Assembly: GCA_045837725.1 (NCBI GenBank)
Contig: JBEWZL010000163.1
Location: forward strand, 372,001-436,000
DNA length: 64,000 nucleotides
Direction of reading: 5' to 3'
Origin: Vermamoeba vermiformis
Taxonomy: Eukaryota
The translations under genes were made by a program, and so were the position numbers. A model generated the notes under the pieces. The model did not search any database. It had not been told where the DNA came from and was given only the letters and a program-made list of their open reading frames with translations. Of this stretch, positions 37,185 through 50,989 are shown piece after piece; positions within the stretch are counted from its first letter, which is position 1, and every line of letters starts with the position of its first letter.

Positions 37185-37602
37185 TCTGTGTTATGCTGTT
37201 GATGCTGAGTCTTAATTGACTATGACACACATTTTCATCGCTATTTATGCCTGGATTTTTCTCCAAATGTGGACCTACGGCGAAACGGATCCACACTATG
37301 TGAATTTACCGTGCTAATTGCCTTACTTGACATGTCATGAGCATGTAGAAGGAGCTTCTAGACGATGGATATTGAGAAATTCCAACCCGGACTAAAAAAT
37401 CTTGCGCAAGTCACGAAAAACAGAATTCTGGTACTACAGCGCATCCAGAAATTCTGAAATAGATAGATTAAGGTTCTATAATATCAATTTATCTCGAAGA
37501 GCTTAACATGAGGTCTTCTAAATACACGATGGTTGCAAGCGTGAATGAGCAAGTTTATTTATAATCGATAATCTAAGCGGGAGGCTTTTGTTAGCCACTT
37601 AT

Positions 37603-40600
37603 TTAAAGCGTTGCTTTCTTCTTTAACATGAATGATACTAAAATAGGAACCAAGAAAGACATATCAGTCTTAGGTGGGACTTTGATGGTGACTGGTCCGA
37701 AGCTCGGTGCGTTCAGCTAATTAAATTGTTAATCACATTATAGTCATAATACAAGCAACTAACAATTATTATTATTAATTACTTACGCTACAACCAAATA
37801 CTGTGGTGACCGGGACCGCTTGGGTTACGACAACATGCTTCTGACCTGCAAAAAAAACATCAGATCCAGACCCAAAAGCTATTGGTAAGCCCTAGTGTAC
37901 GTACTGAAGAACGAAAGTGTCGACTGCATTTGATTTACAACAGTACCAACGGTAAATTTCTCGCCAAATGGGTCAGGCATTGCCGTAAAGGTCATTGTTT
38001 TGGTCATAGATTGCTCCAGCATGCTGCAAATTGGTCGGGAGTGGTCAGAGGTGCAAATATTTGCTGTCACTTGTCCACTCATGTTAGTCACATTCATCAA
38101 GAGATACACGGGAACTTCGCGGTCCTATATTAATTTAAGTTAGTGGAACTAGTCTTTGAAAATTATAGTTGGCTTACGCGATAACCCGCAGAATCAAGTT
38201 TAATCTCGATACGACTGGTATTTGCATGCTTTATGGTGTTTGCAGTAAGAGTCCAGTTCACAGAGCCAGAGAACACCAGCTTAGGACCGGTGGGTAAGAT
38301 CAATATTTGGAGGCTGTTGTGGTGCAACTTGGGGAAGTACTCCATCAGGTCTTTTTCTTTGACTGGCGTTCCTAACAGCGAGAGACACGTGACTTCTTTG
38401 TTTCTATCAACAAAGGCCTTGACTAAATCAAAGTCCATAGACTCAATGTTGTCGAGGTAAAGTCGCGTGACATTAGCATTTTCGAGCACTGTAGCCATCT
38501 CCTCGCGCGACAAAGAAGCTTTGGAGATATTCAAATCATTGATGCTTGAGAAGGTCAACACTCTGTTAAGTGTATCAGAGGTCAATCCGTTGATGGCTGT
38601 GAAAAAAATCATGTTAAACATAACGTTAAACACAAACTTCCAAATAAGGAAAGTACCTGGAACGGACAGAATCTTCAGTTTGACACGTTCTAACACGTTG
38701 AGAATGTCACCGAGCGTCAAGTTAGTGTCTTTTAGCTCGAGTTTGACTAAGGCTTGACATTGTCCTAACGTCTCAAGGAGCTCGTGTGGCAGATCTTGGA
38801 ATTTTGCCAATCGTAAATCTTCCAGCGAATCAACACGGGCCTTAATAAGCTCGACAACAGGTTGTGTAGTAATGTTCTCAGAACTAAAAATTGGTTAACG
38901 TCAAGTCGCAGGTATGATTTTTTGACTTACGCTGCCAAAATCAATTGGAAGAGCTTGCCGAAGAGTTCTTTGGCCACATTTAACCCTGCATCAGTAAGAC
39001 CTGGGGTCGTTTCAACGTACTTAACCTCATCGAACAAATAATACAAGTTCTTGGGTATGAGTGGCGTCATCGCAATAATAGGTTCCCACTGAAACGAGCT
39101 AATGTAAAAAAATTAGCCAAACACAAGGATAAATATGCAAAGATAAGTCTTACTGATAATTTTGACGATGGAGAGCGCGTTTGACGGCCAGTTTCACAAT
39201 TGATTCCAACTTTTGTGGGGTCAGATCTGCACCTTGCTGCAATAAAATATGAGCACGTAATACTATTGAAGCAATATCTCACGTACACTCAGTAGTGCAA
39301 GGCCTTCTTGCATCGTCTCGGATGGTCCGAACAATAAAGCGAGGCCGTAGTACATGCTCGCAATGCCCTTAAGATACGCCTCTTGAATGGCAAGGTTGTA
39401 GTGTTGTTCCATATCAACTAAAGATTCAGGTGTAATATCCGAGTAGGCTATTAGCTTCACCCTCTTCTTGAGATACTCCGTGTGGAGCAAAGAAGAGCTA
39501 GGAAGTTGTTCCAAACCCTAAAAAAGTTTGTCAAGATCCAGGGTCGAATGACACGTGTCAAATGAAACTTACCTCTTTGAGCTTTTTTATCATTTCTGCC
39601 TGGAAAGAATGTTCGTTCTTGATGGAGAGAACCTTGCCGTATAGTACGTAAGCCAATTCAGTCTTGGGTTGAACTCGGATGACCACATCCAACAACTTCG
39701 TCGCCAACGCTAATGCATTTTGGCTCTGTAATTGTTTAGGCATATATATTTTAACTCCGTATATATAATTTACTTACCTTGACTTTCTTAGCCTTTTGGT
39801 ATAATTGGTACACCAACTTGAGAATTTTGGTCAAGTGCAGGGACTACATAATATAACATTAGACTATATTATATATTTCGAAATGTATATAATATAACGT
39901 ACCATAAGATTATTGCCTTCAAGTTTTTTCGAAGCAAGAGAAAGAATTCGTTCGGCTTCACGACCCGTGCTGCGGATGCCGTTCCAAAGTAACAACTGAG
40001 TGTCAGCCAACTCTAAAAGGTCGTGTAAACATTATTATATTACTATATACGATAAATTTTATCGCGCAATACTTACCGACAATGTGCATGTTCTTTACGA
40101 CAGCGTTGATTCGCTCGATGTCTGAATGCACAAAAGTCATCTTTTTGAAGCCCACAGTGTCCGCAATAGCAGTAGCCGACAAGACAATGCCTATAGATAC
40201 GTTAGTGTAAGTTAATATTCAATGCTATTGTCAAAGTACCTGTGATTTGTTGGACGCGAGCAAGAAGTTTAAACACGCAACTGCGGTATTCTAACACTTC
40301 GCGCAAATCTAGGCCTTTTTCGGATTTGAACAGCGCGTATTTGAACTTCTTCTTCAAGTACTTTGGAATCTTTTCGGTCCAGAATTTGTCCGCGGCTTCA
40401 GTGTCCGAGTAGAGGTTGTTCAACATGACCACCGTGACTTGCTTACATTGCTCCTCAGTGATGTGTTGATTGACTTTAGTAATAGCGCGCCACTTCTTCT
40501 TCAATTTGCTCTTGACGATTCGAACAATCTAAACCAAGGAGGTCAGAAATTGTTCGTGAAAGTGACCCTGTAACGTACCATTTCAACAAGAATTTCGTAC

Positions 40601-42773
40601 GAAGTCGCGCTGCTTTCGCCTAACTTGCGTCTCAAATATCCAATATGACGAATATTGATGCCTGTACAATAACAGCTCGGTCAGAAAATGTGACACTTTG
40701 ATGACACGTGTCAAAGATATTTTTTTACCTTCTTTGTGGATCTCGGTGAGTAACGAAGCGTCAAGAACAGACAAGACACGGACGTTTCCGTCTGATCGTG
40801 GTTTGTGATCATCAATGCGAATCTTTTCTGCCAACTTTGGAATAACTTCCGTCAATAAACGCTGCGTTGCTTCAGCCACTTCACGGTTGTGCGTCTTATG
40901 TGCAGGATCGCCCATACCAAATCCTACCAGGGTATTAGTAAGTAGCCGGGAGGTATATTATATCCACGCTATTGTCGTACCTGTAAATGCGTCTGATGAC
41001 AATGGAACTTTGTTGCTTTTGACCAGTTCAGGACGCAACAATTTGAACAAAATTTGACCTTTCTGAGGACTGAAATATCGTGCAATTAGCTTTAAATAGT
41101 ATATGTATTGCTATATTGTACTTACACGGTGCCTGGCAGAACCGCTTCGGGCGGAAAAGTTCTAGCAAAATCCAACACGTAAAATCGGCCGTCCTGGTAT
41201 AATTTTATTAATTTTGTTATTATTAAATAAATGATTATCAATATTAAAATACCTTGCCCAAGTGACATTCGATATCTCCGGGACCATAACATAAGTTAGT
41301 TTGATATTTTGCAAATCCGGCAATATGGCCCTTCAAGTTCAAGGCATCACCAGCGGCTTTCATTTTCTGTATATTATTAGTTTATAAGATAGTTAGATTG
41401 AATACTTACCTCATTAATAGCTGGAATATCGAAGTGCATTGTTTTGCCTGCATCGGCGGATCCATACTTGAAGACGGGTCAGAGAACTTTCTAAGCATAT
41501 TTTTAATTTGTAATTACCTTCAATGAATCCTTGCCGATGGGAAGAAGTGACATCTATAATATGAGTCTTAGCAATCAAATACATATGACAAGTAATAGCG
41601 CGCAACATACCGCGATCAAACAGTAACCCATGTAGTGGATCAACGACATTAACGGGAAATGTAAGCCCGGAATGCCAGCTAAACTGTAGTGAATGAGACC
41701 TTTCAAATCGTGACCTGCTGCTTTTTGTGCGTATTCATCATTGCCGCCATAAAGGTTGCTTACATCCAAAGCAAACGTACGGAAGAGTTAAAGAACCAAA
41801 AAATATATTTAGGTGCAAAAGGGAATCATATTAAAAGGATATTTGAAAAGAATGCCTTGTGCGATGTATTTCTCTCCTCCAGCTTGACCGCCGATCGAGA
41901 TCGGTTTGATTGTTTTGTGCTCCACTGGCACGTTGATTTCACTAATGATAACTTTACCATAGGTCTCAGCAACGAAAACTATAGTAATATAAATTATTTT
42001 AGCAATTATTAAAACGCAATAAGATAATTCTGAGACAGATCTCAAATTTCTGAACTTACTGAACTCATGCGCGAGTTGGGATAATTTTTGGTACTTGGAT
42101 TCACTTTCGGGGAGCGCAAGAATCGTTTGGAAAGCCTTATTCCAATCCTTCTTTTCAAATCCCTCTTTGATCTCTTCTTCAAGTCTTACGACTGGAACTG
42201 AAACGGTACGAGACAAGCCAACAGATGCTCTGTGTAATTGACTACTTAAATTAACGTTAAATTGATCAAATTACGTACTTTAAATTCACGTTGTTGGCAT
42301 CTTGAATTGGCGGCAAATCAACTGAATGATAATTATCGTCCGCGTTATCTGTCTTCACGGCATAAGAATAGCCCCCTTGAGGCTCCTCTCCTTCATTCAT
42401 ATCATCCATTAGGTCCGCTGCCTCGCTATAACCGTCAGACGGGATCGCAAGCAGTTCATCTCCAGATGACTCTGCCTCATCCACACTTCCATAACCATCT
42501 GCATCATCATCGACTCCACCATCAGCATCTTCGTATGCGTATAGGTTTTTTAGCTTCTCTCCGTCATAGCCGTCGGACGTGTAATAATTTTTTGAGTAGA
42601 CATCTTGATCTGTCCATAAAATTATTCGTTAGAAATAAATTTTATCGTGCCTTTTAACTCGTTTAAATAGCCCCGTATTTTAACGAGCAAATTCGAAGAA
42701 TTTCCATACCATCACCAAGCAATTCACTTAGTAAATCATTCTCCTGAACGTAAGCACTAGAAAAATCCATCAT
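37603..42773 (-). CDS. Clu (CLUH/TIF31)-domain protein with an acidic N-terminus, LRRs and a C-terminal beta-rich domain, many exons
   Basis: GGQAGGEKYIAQGILFK|FALD, AQKAAGHDLKGL, LHFPLMSLIHYMGY, GPGDIECHLGK|DGRFYVLDFARTFPPE, KLLRPELV, EIHKEG|INIR; LRR-like ORF 38163-38810. Confidence 0.85.
41777..41842 (-). other. U12-type AT-AC intron in the Clu gene
   Basis: 5' ATATCCTTTT, branch site TTCTTTAAC, 3' AC. Splicing restores GILFK-FALD. Confidence 0.9.
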
Positions 42774-42979
42774 TACAGCCACAAATAAATATGAATTATA
42801 GGCTAATACGTGTTGCTTATAATGTGATGATCAAAACGAACTGATTCACCTAAAAACGCACAAAAACTGTTTGACGCATGTCAAAAAATGAAATCTAGGC
42901 ACCTCTAGCTCCTAATCGAAATTAAATATACTGCTCCAAGAATATGTAACATACATTTATTATTATTATAATTACACTT

Positions 42980-45475
42980 TTAATCGATTGTATTAAAGTT
43001 GGGATTATCATCGTCGTTTACAACTTTGGATGTGTCGTTCTGATCTACGGCCACACGTTTATACTCCTCCTTGACGAATAATACTAATATGAAGGCTAAT
43101 ATTAAACATGCACATAGAATCCAGTTCATCCATTGAGGCGGTGCGAAATCATCGATGATCTAGATTCGGATTCAAAATTAGATCTGCTCGATTCAAATTG
43201 GCTTCTGAGATATACATACCACAAATAACAATGAGCCTATATTCATCTGAAATGATATTAATCACGTGTTTGAATCACATTGTATTAATCAAGACTTTTA
43301 CTTACAATTACCGACAGAACTCCGCCGGATGTACCTATTGTCAATCAAGCCGTTAGTACTGTATCACTAATAACTATTTATATCGTACCTCCGGGTGTCG
43401 GATAACTCAATTCAACGGAGAATTCATAGAATAAAGGCAGAATAGCGTTCAACACCATGCCTCCCATCGTTGATGTGATTACAACGACCCAATAGTTGTG
43501 CGGAATGAATGAAAGTTCTTTAGTAGTTGCCGCTAAATAAGGAAATAAAAGTTAGTATCATAATCCCATAGCTTGGAGCAAGGAAAATTTTGGATGTGGC
43601 TTACCCGCAAAAAAAATAAAACAAGCCGTGCCCAGAATATATCCGACTACGATTAATATTTTGAATTTCTTAATGAAGAACATATCCGCGAGCTTTCCAA
43701 GGATAAGCGCGCCGGCACTGCCTGCTGTAATGGCGTAGAACCCGATCCACGCAACTTCAGTGTCTTTGAAGCCTAACGGCAAGAGAATAGGCTCCAAAAC
43801 ACTATCGTATATTCGTCAGCATATTAGTAGAGGTCATTAGGTCTTGGTTACCTTTGCCAGCCTCCGTACGATCCAGACATGAATCCGCCAGAAAGAGCCA
43901 ACAACACGAATCCTTTGTTCGTAAACAATCTCTTCAACGATTGCCAGATATTCTAAGATTGCGTTAGTTATATTAATCATTTTCGAGACATTCTATTCCA
44001 GTTCTTACCGTGTTTGCCTTCTGTCGTTCAATATCATCGTTTTCATGGCTGCCTTCAATAAGCGATGTAGAAATACTAGGAGGTGTTGGTGGTTCGGCAG
44101 GATAATAAATAAATATAGGCAGAGCTGTTAAAACACAATTAAACTTTACTTGCCTTTTATGGAAAACGATCCGGTACGTACCAACAGCCATGACCACAAC
44201 AGCTTCCAAATAAATAAGGTTCATGAACTGATCGTCTTCTTTAACGATCATTCCGAATAAAAACGCAACGCCTGAGCCCATGTTACCAGCCAGTACGAGA
44301 ATGGCTGTTGCGAGTGTTCGTTCACCGGGCGCGAACCAAACAATTGATACTTGTGCGGGAATAGACATAACTATTATAATATTAGTATTAGTATGTATCA
44401 ATAGAGCATTATTAGACTTGAGAAATGCAATTGGTATTTGAGTTTCAGGAAAATTAGACTCGAGCGCGACACGCACTTTGAAGGTTGACACGTGTCATCC
44501 AAGAAGAAATTTCGCAAAAACTCCTTTACGTACCAATAGGACCCGCTGCTCCGTTGAGAGTTTGTGCTAAGATGATGAGCCACAGTTGATCTGGGCCTTG
44601 TGCAAAGCACCTAAAAGTCACGTGTCAAAACGGATCCAAAACAATCTTTACTACGAATCAAATTTTACCTTATTAGGCCAGTAGTTAATACTAAAGCTGT
44701 GCCAATAAGAACCTAGCAAAAAATATCGTTAGTATCTGTCACAAAGGTAGATCCAAAAAATGACAAAAATTCTTGACTTACAGCAATGCGCAGTCCGTGT
44801 CGTTCTAATAACCAAGTAGTTGGCACGACCATAATAATAAATAAAATCATGCCTAAACAGGCAATAAAATTTTGCATTGGTACGGACATGTGATAGAAAT
44901 TGAGTACGTGATTGCCAACTGAATTGTAAGTCAGCCAAAAACACGATTGAACGAGGTATAATAATGAAGCCCATATTAATATCCACCACCTTCTTTTATA
45001 TACTTTGAATTGCTGTTCTTCTGGCTAAAACAAAAATAAAATCAGCATCCAATGTCGGTTTATCGAAGTATAAAATGAACGCTCGTAATCACAATATTAT
45101 AGCGAAATATGCATATATATGTATATTTAATATTACTTGTAATAGTTTTATTGCCATAATGAATAATTTACGAGCGAAAATATGCTGTGGATGTCGCACC
45201 GATAATTTTATTTTTAAAAATTAGATTTTGTTGGTAGTAAACATGCCAATTAAATTATCTAGCGAATTATATATTAATAAACGAGAAATAAAATATGTAA
45301 TTGCGCTAGAAAAAGTTGTAGATGAGACGAAATTTGGATCACGTACTTTGTTGCAGCAATCTTTCTTTCCAATCGCTTCAGATTCATATACACCATTAGA
45401 TCCATGCGATACAACACCATTAGCCAGTAACGGAGTTGTTTCGTTCCGGATTTGTTTGATCGAAGAGGAGCTCAT
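42980..45475 (-). CDS. MFS transporter, SLC49 (DIRC2/FLVCR-like) family
   Basis: ETTPLL dileucine motif, KVYKRRWWIL, WFAPGERTLATAI, PAEPPTPPS, FSVELSYP, KEEYKRVAVD. Confidence 0.85.
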
Positions 45476-45901
45476 TGTTGCTTTCAATTCTGTTTCACTA
45501 TCTCCGCGCGATCATAGTAATAAATCACTGGTGTATGAATTGTATGACGCTGGCAGTGCTATTTATGCTTCGTCAAAAAAATAACAAAAAATAATAGTTG
45601 GATCGAACCTATCTCATTTATGAACAATCCACTTCACTTTTTCGAACGGTTTATATGCTTACTATATGAATAATATAACGGGCGCGAGTATAATTGCATA
45701 CCAAACGAGATGCAGCGTCGGTCAACTTTGGTCAAAACTTGTCTTTTTGCTAACCGTGAAACATTTCAATTTCGTTATATTTTCAAATTCTGTATTATAA
45801 TAACAGAACTTGTATACTGATATATATAAGAAGCAGATCTGTTTCTTTTAGCCTAGAATAGTATTCGAATCTGAAATTTAAAGACTAGCAGAGTAATTAA
45901 T

Positions 45902-48249
45902 ATGTCAGTTCAACTTTATCACGAAAGACAAGGTAAGTAATAAATATGTTATATTCGCAAATACAAATAAGCTGTTTTGCTTGAATTCCATCCAACCCCA
46001 TCTCGAAAGTTTAGGAAAACTTACGTTCAAAAAAAGTTAAAATTTAAAGAATATTAATATAATATAGTAACCGTAGCATATTAGCATATTTTATATTAGA
46101 TCATAATTTCAGAATCTCAGGAGAATTAATTTGTTTACTTTTTCAGATGCCGGCTTGTGCGGCGTTCACTGCTTGAATAATTTGCTCCAAGGCACCTATT
46201 ATAGTGAAGTAGACCTTATGGAAATAGCTCATGGTCTTGATGCTGCCGAACGAGCGGTTATGAGCGAGATGGGAACCGACACCTCAGATTTCGTCAAATT
46301 TATTGCTGTAAGTTTTCAATCCTTTATATTACGAAAATACCACTTAAATTTAAGATATGCCTTATTTACATTATTTTAAGTAAGCCTGCATTCGTTTAAC
46401 AAAATTAGATCCGTTTTGTAACGGTCACATTTCAAGTTCGCAATTCATTTTGCCATATATTCGCATATTTGTATATATATGCATGTATATATTAATAAAG
46501 CGATTGTTTAGGAGGACTCAGGAAATGTCGCTGACGATGGAAATTACAGCGTTCAAGTACGTACCGAAAAAAATTAATTAAGGGTTAAATTCTACGAATA
46601 GAAAGCCATATAACTAAGCATAATATACCGATAAATTAGAAGAAAAATACGCTTGAATCAATTATCTTATTTTATTTATTGTAGGTATTGAGCGAGGCTT
46701 TGAAATCGTTCGACATGGTCGTAGCGTCTATTAATAGTCCTGATATGAAGGGCGTGCTCGATCAGCCGCAGTAAGTACTAGTATAGTAATAATATATTAT
46801 TTACGACGAATACCAATTAATAAAAAAGAATCGTAGCGGATGGCGATTAATTTTTTTGTTGCTATTGTCAGGCATAATATGAGATCTCTATAATAACACC
46901 GATTATTTCCTTTTATAGAAAAGAACAAGGTTTCATTTGCAACCTTCAAGCGCATTGGTTCGCCATTCGAAAGATTCAAGGTCATTGGTGGGACTTGAAC
47001 AGTTTGTTAAAGACACCTAATCACCTCACCGAGCTATATTTGGGGTACGTCATGAACACCTATTGCCTTATTAGGAAATAATCGAATTAACAACAAAAAT
47101 TATTTTCAGCGTTTATTTGAAACAGTTGCAGTTAGAAGGCTATTCTATATTTGTCGTTAGGGGTCATTTCCCAGGCGAGGCTGGTACGTATTGATAACAT
47201 TACCATATATAGTAATATTTAATAACAATTTTATCAAATGTTTGCGATTTTTGGATCAGATCCGCTTTTTCGAAACTCAACATATTTTCAATTAATATCT
47301 TCAGAATAATATGCCAGTGTTACTATTATAACCATAAATGTCTATTTAATAACTCTATTTTTAGCGTTTGATCCGACCAATCCCAATGTGAAGCGAGTAG
47401 CAGTCCCGCGCAGAAATTCCAACGCGACCAGTCCCGACGATGAACTGCAAAAAGCACTCAAAGCGAGTCTGGCGCAACAAATGGGCATGGACGTGAATGA
47501 CATGGACAGCGATTTGATGGCAGCAATTACAGCCAGTTTGGAGGACTCGGCCAGCCAGGGCTCGCAGTCATCGTCACAGGGCTCGAGCGTGACCCAGCGG
47601 AACAATCCAGAGCCTAAATATAGCCCGCCTGATGTGACGATCGTTGAGGACGATGAAGATGAAATGTTGCGCCAGGCCTTGGAAATGTCAAAACAAGTCA
47701 ACAATAATCCGCCACAACAAGAGAAAAATACAGGCAATAGCAATCCTGTGGCACACGTGACAGTGGTGCCAAAAGTCGAGGAAAAGAAACGCGAGTTACA
47801 CGTGCCTGAGGAACCTGCCGCTGACACACCGACAGCGAACATCACTAAAATGATGATTAGATTGCCTAGTAAGTACCTCTTTCGCAATCCTGTCTATATT
47901 ACTGAGCTACAAATAAGATATTTTGCGCGAAAATTGTAGAAAATTTCCACTCGTTTGTCCGAATTAATTTTCATGAATAACTTGCTTTGTACACTGTCAT
48001 TGTGGAGTTAAGTATTAACGTTTTGATGTAGGTGGTGCTCGCGCTGAACGCAAGTTTGTGAAGACAAACACATTGCAACAAGTGTTCGATTGGATCCAGT
48101 CACAACACCCCGAAGTTGATTTAACGCAGCCAAACAAGTTCAAATTGATTTCTTCGTTCCCGAGAAAAGAATACACTGAAGCGAATAAGACTATTGAAGA
48201 ACTGGGATTGCATCCATCAGCTTCATTGAATGTTTTGGACTTTAAGTAA
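45902..48249 (+). CDS. ATXN3: Ataxin-3-like deubiquitinase: Josephin + 3 UIM-like motifs + C-terminal UBX
   Basis: YHERQ|DAGLCGVHCLNNLLQG, DDGNYSVQ|VL, FICNLQAHWFAIRK...WDLNSL; UIMs ELQKALKASL, DLMAAITASL, MLRQALEMS; UBX IRLPS...SFPRK...ELGLHPSASL. Confidence 0.92.
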
Positions 48250-48326
48250 TAGCTGTCATAATCACCTTGATGTATTATATCTTTGTACGATGTCAAAATT
48301 AAATCACATTTCGTTAGTGCAAACTC

Positions 48327-48353
48327 TTAGGGTTAGGGTTTAAGTTAGGGTTA
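48327..48353 (+). repeat. Short interstitial telomere-like repeat (TTAGGG)2 TTTAAG TTAGGG TTA
   Basis: In-register hexamers between the convergent ATXN3 and ENT 3' ends. Confidence 0.55.
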
Positions 48354-48589
48354 ACATTTGTGTTTCAATATTTTCACCTGTACTATTTCCTTATTTATTT
48401 TCAGCTTCTTCGTGCCATAACATCTTACAAATTATACATATTTCACTCACTTAGTATTCGCGAATATATATATTTATTATCTAGCGGATGTGAAAGGTAA
48501 AAACATCCTTCAAAAATTTATACACACATCATCGTAGAGTGCGAGATTTATCTAACGATGACTTTAATTACCATTTGAACTTGTTTGAT

Positions 48590-50836
48590 TTAAGCGAATG
48601 GATTGACGCCGAGCACCAAATAGTTCAACAAAATAGCAAAATGCAAGCCCAAGAAAATACCGCTTTGCAAGAACGTGATCTATACAATAATATTAATATA
48701 TTGCCTATTATTCGTACGAATTAATTTTACGAATTAATTAATTAATTAAAAGAATTAATTTGATATCGTACCATCATAAAACCAGCTGTTTCTCGTTCAT
48801 GAGGCTCAACTCGAGTCGGACCGTAGATCATGGCCAAAGCTACAAAAATGATTCATTAGAACACTACTATAGTATTATAACCATTATTATACGTACTTGA
48901 GAAGAATCCGTTAGTGAACGACATGACAATCATGAAGACAATAGGCCAAATATCGTTTTCGAACAAACGAGGGCTGATGCAGAGAATAAACAACGGGAAG
49001 AATGCAGCTCTATCGATAATACGATTAATATATAGTGCTATATAAATACCATACTATACTATTATTATATCTTACCTCAAGATGTTAGGGAAGATCAGCA
49101 ACTTTTTCGGGATCAACATGACGAATTGAGGCAAAGTTCTGCCAACAAAGTCGAAGACTTGGAACAAAGCCTAATATTATATCGTGAGTATATAATGCCA
49201 TATAATATATAAATATTACTTACGACTAAAATAACGGAGTACAACTCTTGTTGCTCAGGGAAGAAGTTGATCGACTTGATGCTGTAAGTCATGCCAGGGA
49301 ACAATGACAAGGAGACAAAGAAGATGAAAACAACGTTGAACGCATCGATGGCAATCTTCTTAAGAACAGTTCTAAATTTAAAAAATTAATTTTTGGATCC
49401 ATACGCGACATAAAATTATTAATTTAAAATTAATTATTTAAGCTTAGAAATTGAATCTCATACCCTTTACGAGCAGTTTGGATCTCAGTTAACTCATCTC
49501 CACCATTAACACCCATCAAAGGCTCTTTTTCCTATTATTTTTAAAACCTAAATTAGATCCGCTACAAAATTATTAAAAGCGATGTAACTTACGCCCTTAG
49601 CAGAGTTCATCATATGCCACTTGACGAAAGTAGACTTGATCATGACAATGAACGCGACGAAAGTACCGACCAAGACGAGTCCAGCAATAACGAAGTAGAT
49701 CAAAGCGCTGTGGAATTGAACTGCGTACAAATTAATATTAATACTTAAAACGAAGCATAATATATATTAATAGCGATATAAAAACGAGATCTATCATTTT
49801 GAATTCAAAATCATCATTAGTTTGGATGTGTCGGAAATTAGCTTCTTTGTCACCCAATCGTTGATACTATATATATAGGTATTCTTTATATATATAATAT
49901 TAAGCTTACCCTCAGTAGCTGCAACCGGATCATCCTTAGGCACGGGCATAGCCACCAACAAAATGATACGAACACCACCGGCAATAATACCAGCAACACC
50001 TTGACCAGACATAACTGCAGTAGTGTATTCTCCGGGCAACATAGCTACGAGACCCATGCTAGCACCTCCGAAGACGGCCGTAGCGAAACCTGGATGTACC
50101 CAAAAAAGGTGAGGTTAAAAATTAATTCAAAGAAAATGATTCTTTTCGCTTAAAAATGTAATAAGTATTATAGTACATCATAATGATATAATAATAATCG
50201 CGAAACAATTGCGTTGTGAATTCAGTAGCTTGTGTACGATCTGCCGAATCTGGATTTACATACCGCTAACACCAGCCAAGGCCAAGCAGACCCAAACAGC
50301 GGTATGACTCTCTAACAATCGACCAGCTGCAGGAATCGCGATAATAGCAAGCAATTGAATAGTCAATCCGAAAATGACTTTTGTTTTAACTGAGATCTTG
50401 TCACTGTATATCAAATCGTTAATTATATATTTAAAATATTAATATATTATAATTATGGATGCATTTGCTATGCAAATATAATAATTTGTAACATAAATCC
50501 GGAGCGATCGAGTTATTTAGTTTGAAGGTACTTACCCAATAGCAACGTTAATGAATAACATGGCAATATTAGGATAGTTAAATGCCAACCCAACCCAAAA
50601 TGCGAAAGGAAAAGCCGGATTTAGTGAGCTAAAATAATCAACGGCCGTAATAAATGCGTTCCATGGCAAGAGACCACCGATGCCCAAAAGCAGGCAACAA
50701 AACCAAATTCCTTTGCACTAATAACATACAAATTAATAATTTTGACGCAGGTAATAACTTAAATCCGATCAGATCGTCGATCAGATTTGAAACCTACGTT
50801 ATCTTTTGGAGCTGCAGGCGCATAAAAATCGCTCAT
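48590..50836 (-). CDS. Equilibrative nucleoside transporter (ENT/SLC29)
   Basis: LGIGGLLPWNAFITAVDYF, YTTAVMSGQGVAG, FVSLSLFPG, FTNGF, EPHERETAG. Confidence 0.92.
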
Positions 50837-50989
50837 TTTGTATGAGTTGTGGTATTAACACCTTACAATAACAAAATAAAAAATGTCGGCCACAAAAAAC
50901 AGTCCCATCCGAAACTTCTCACTAGAATTCGACCTACTTTCACTAAGATGATTACTCAAGTCTTTATGACATCACCATGACAAGTTATA

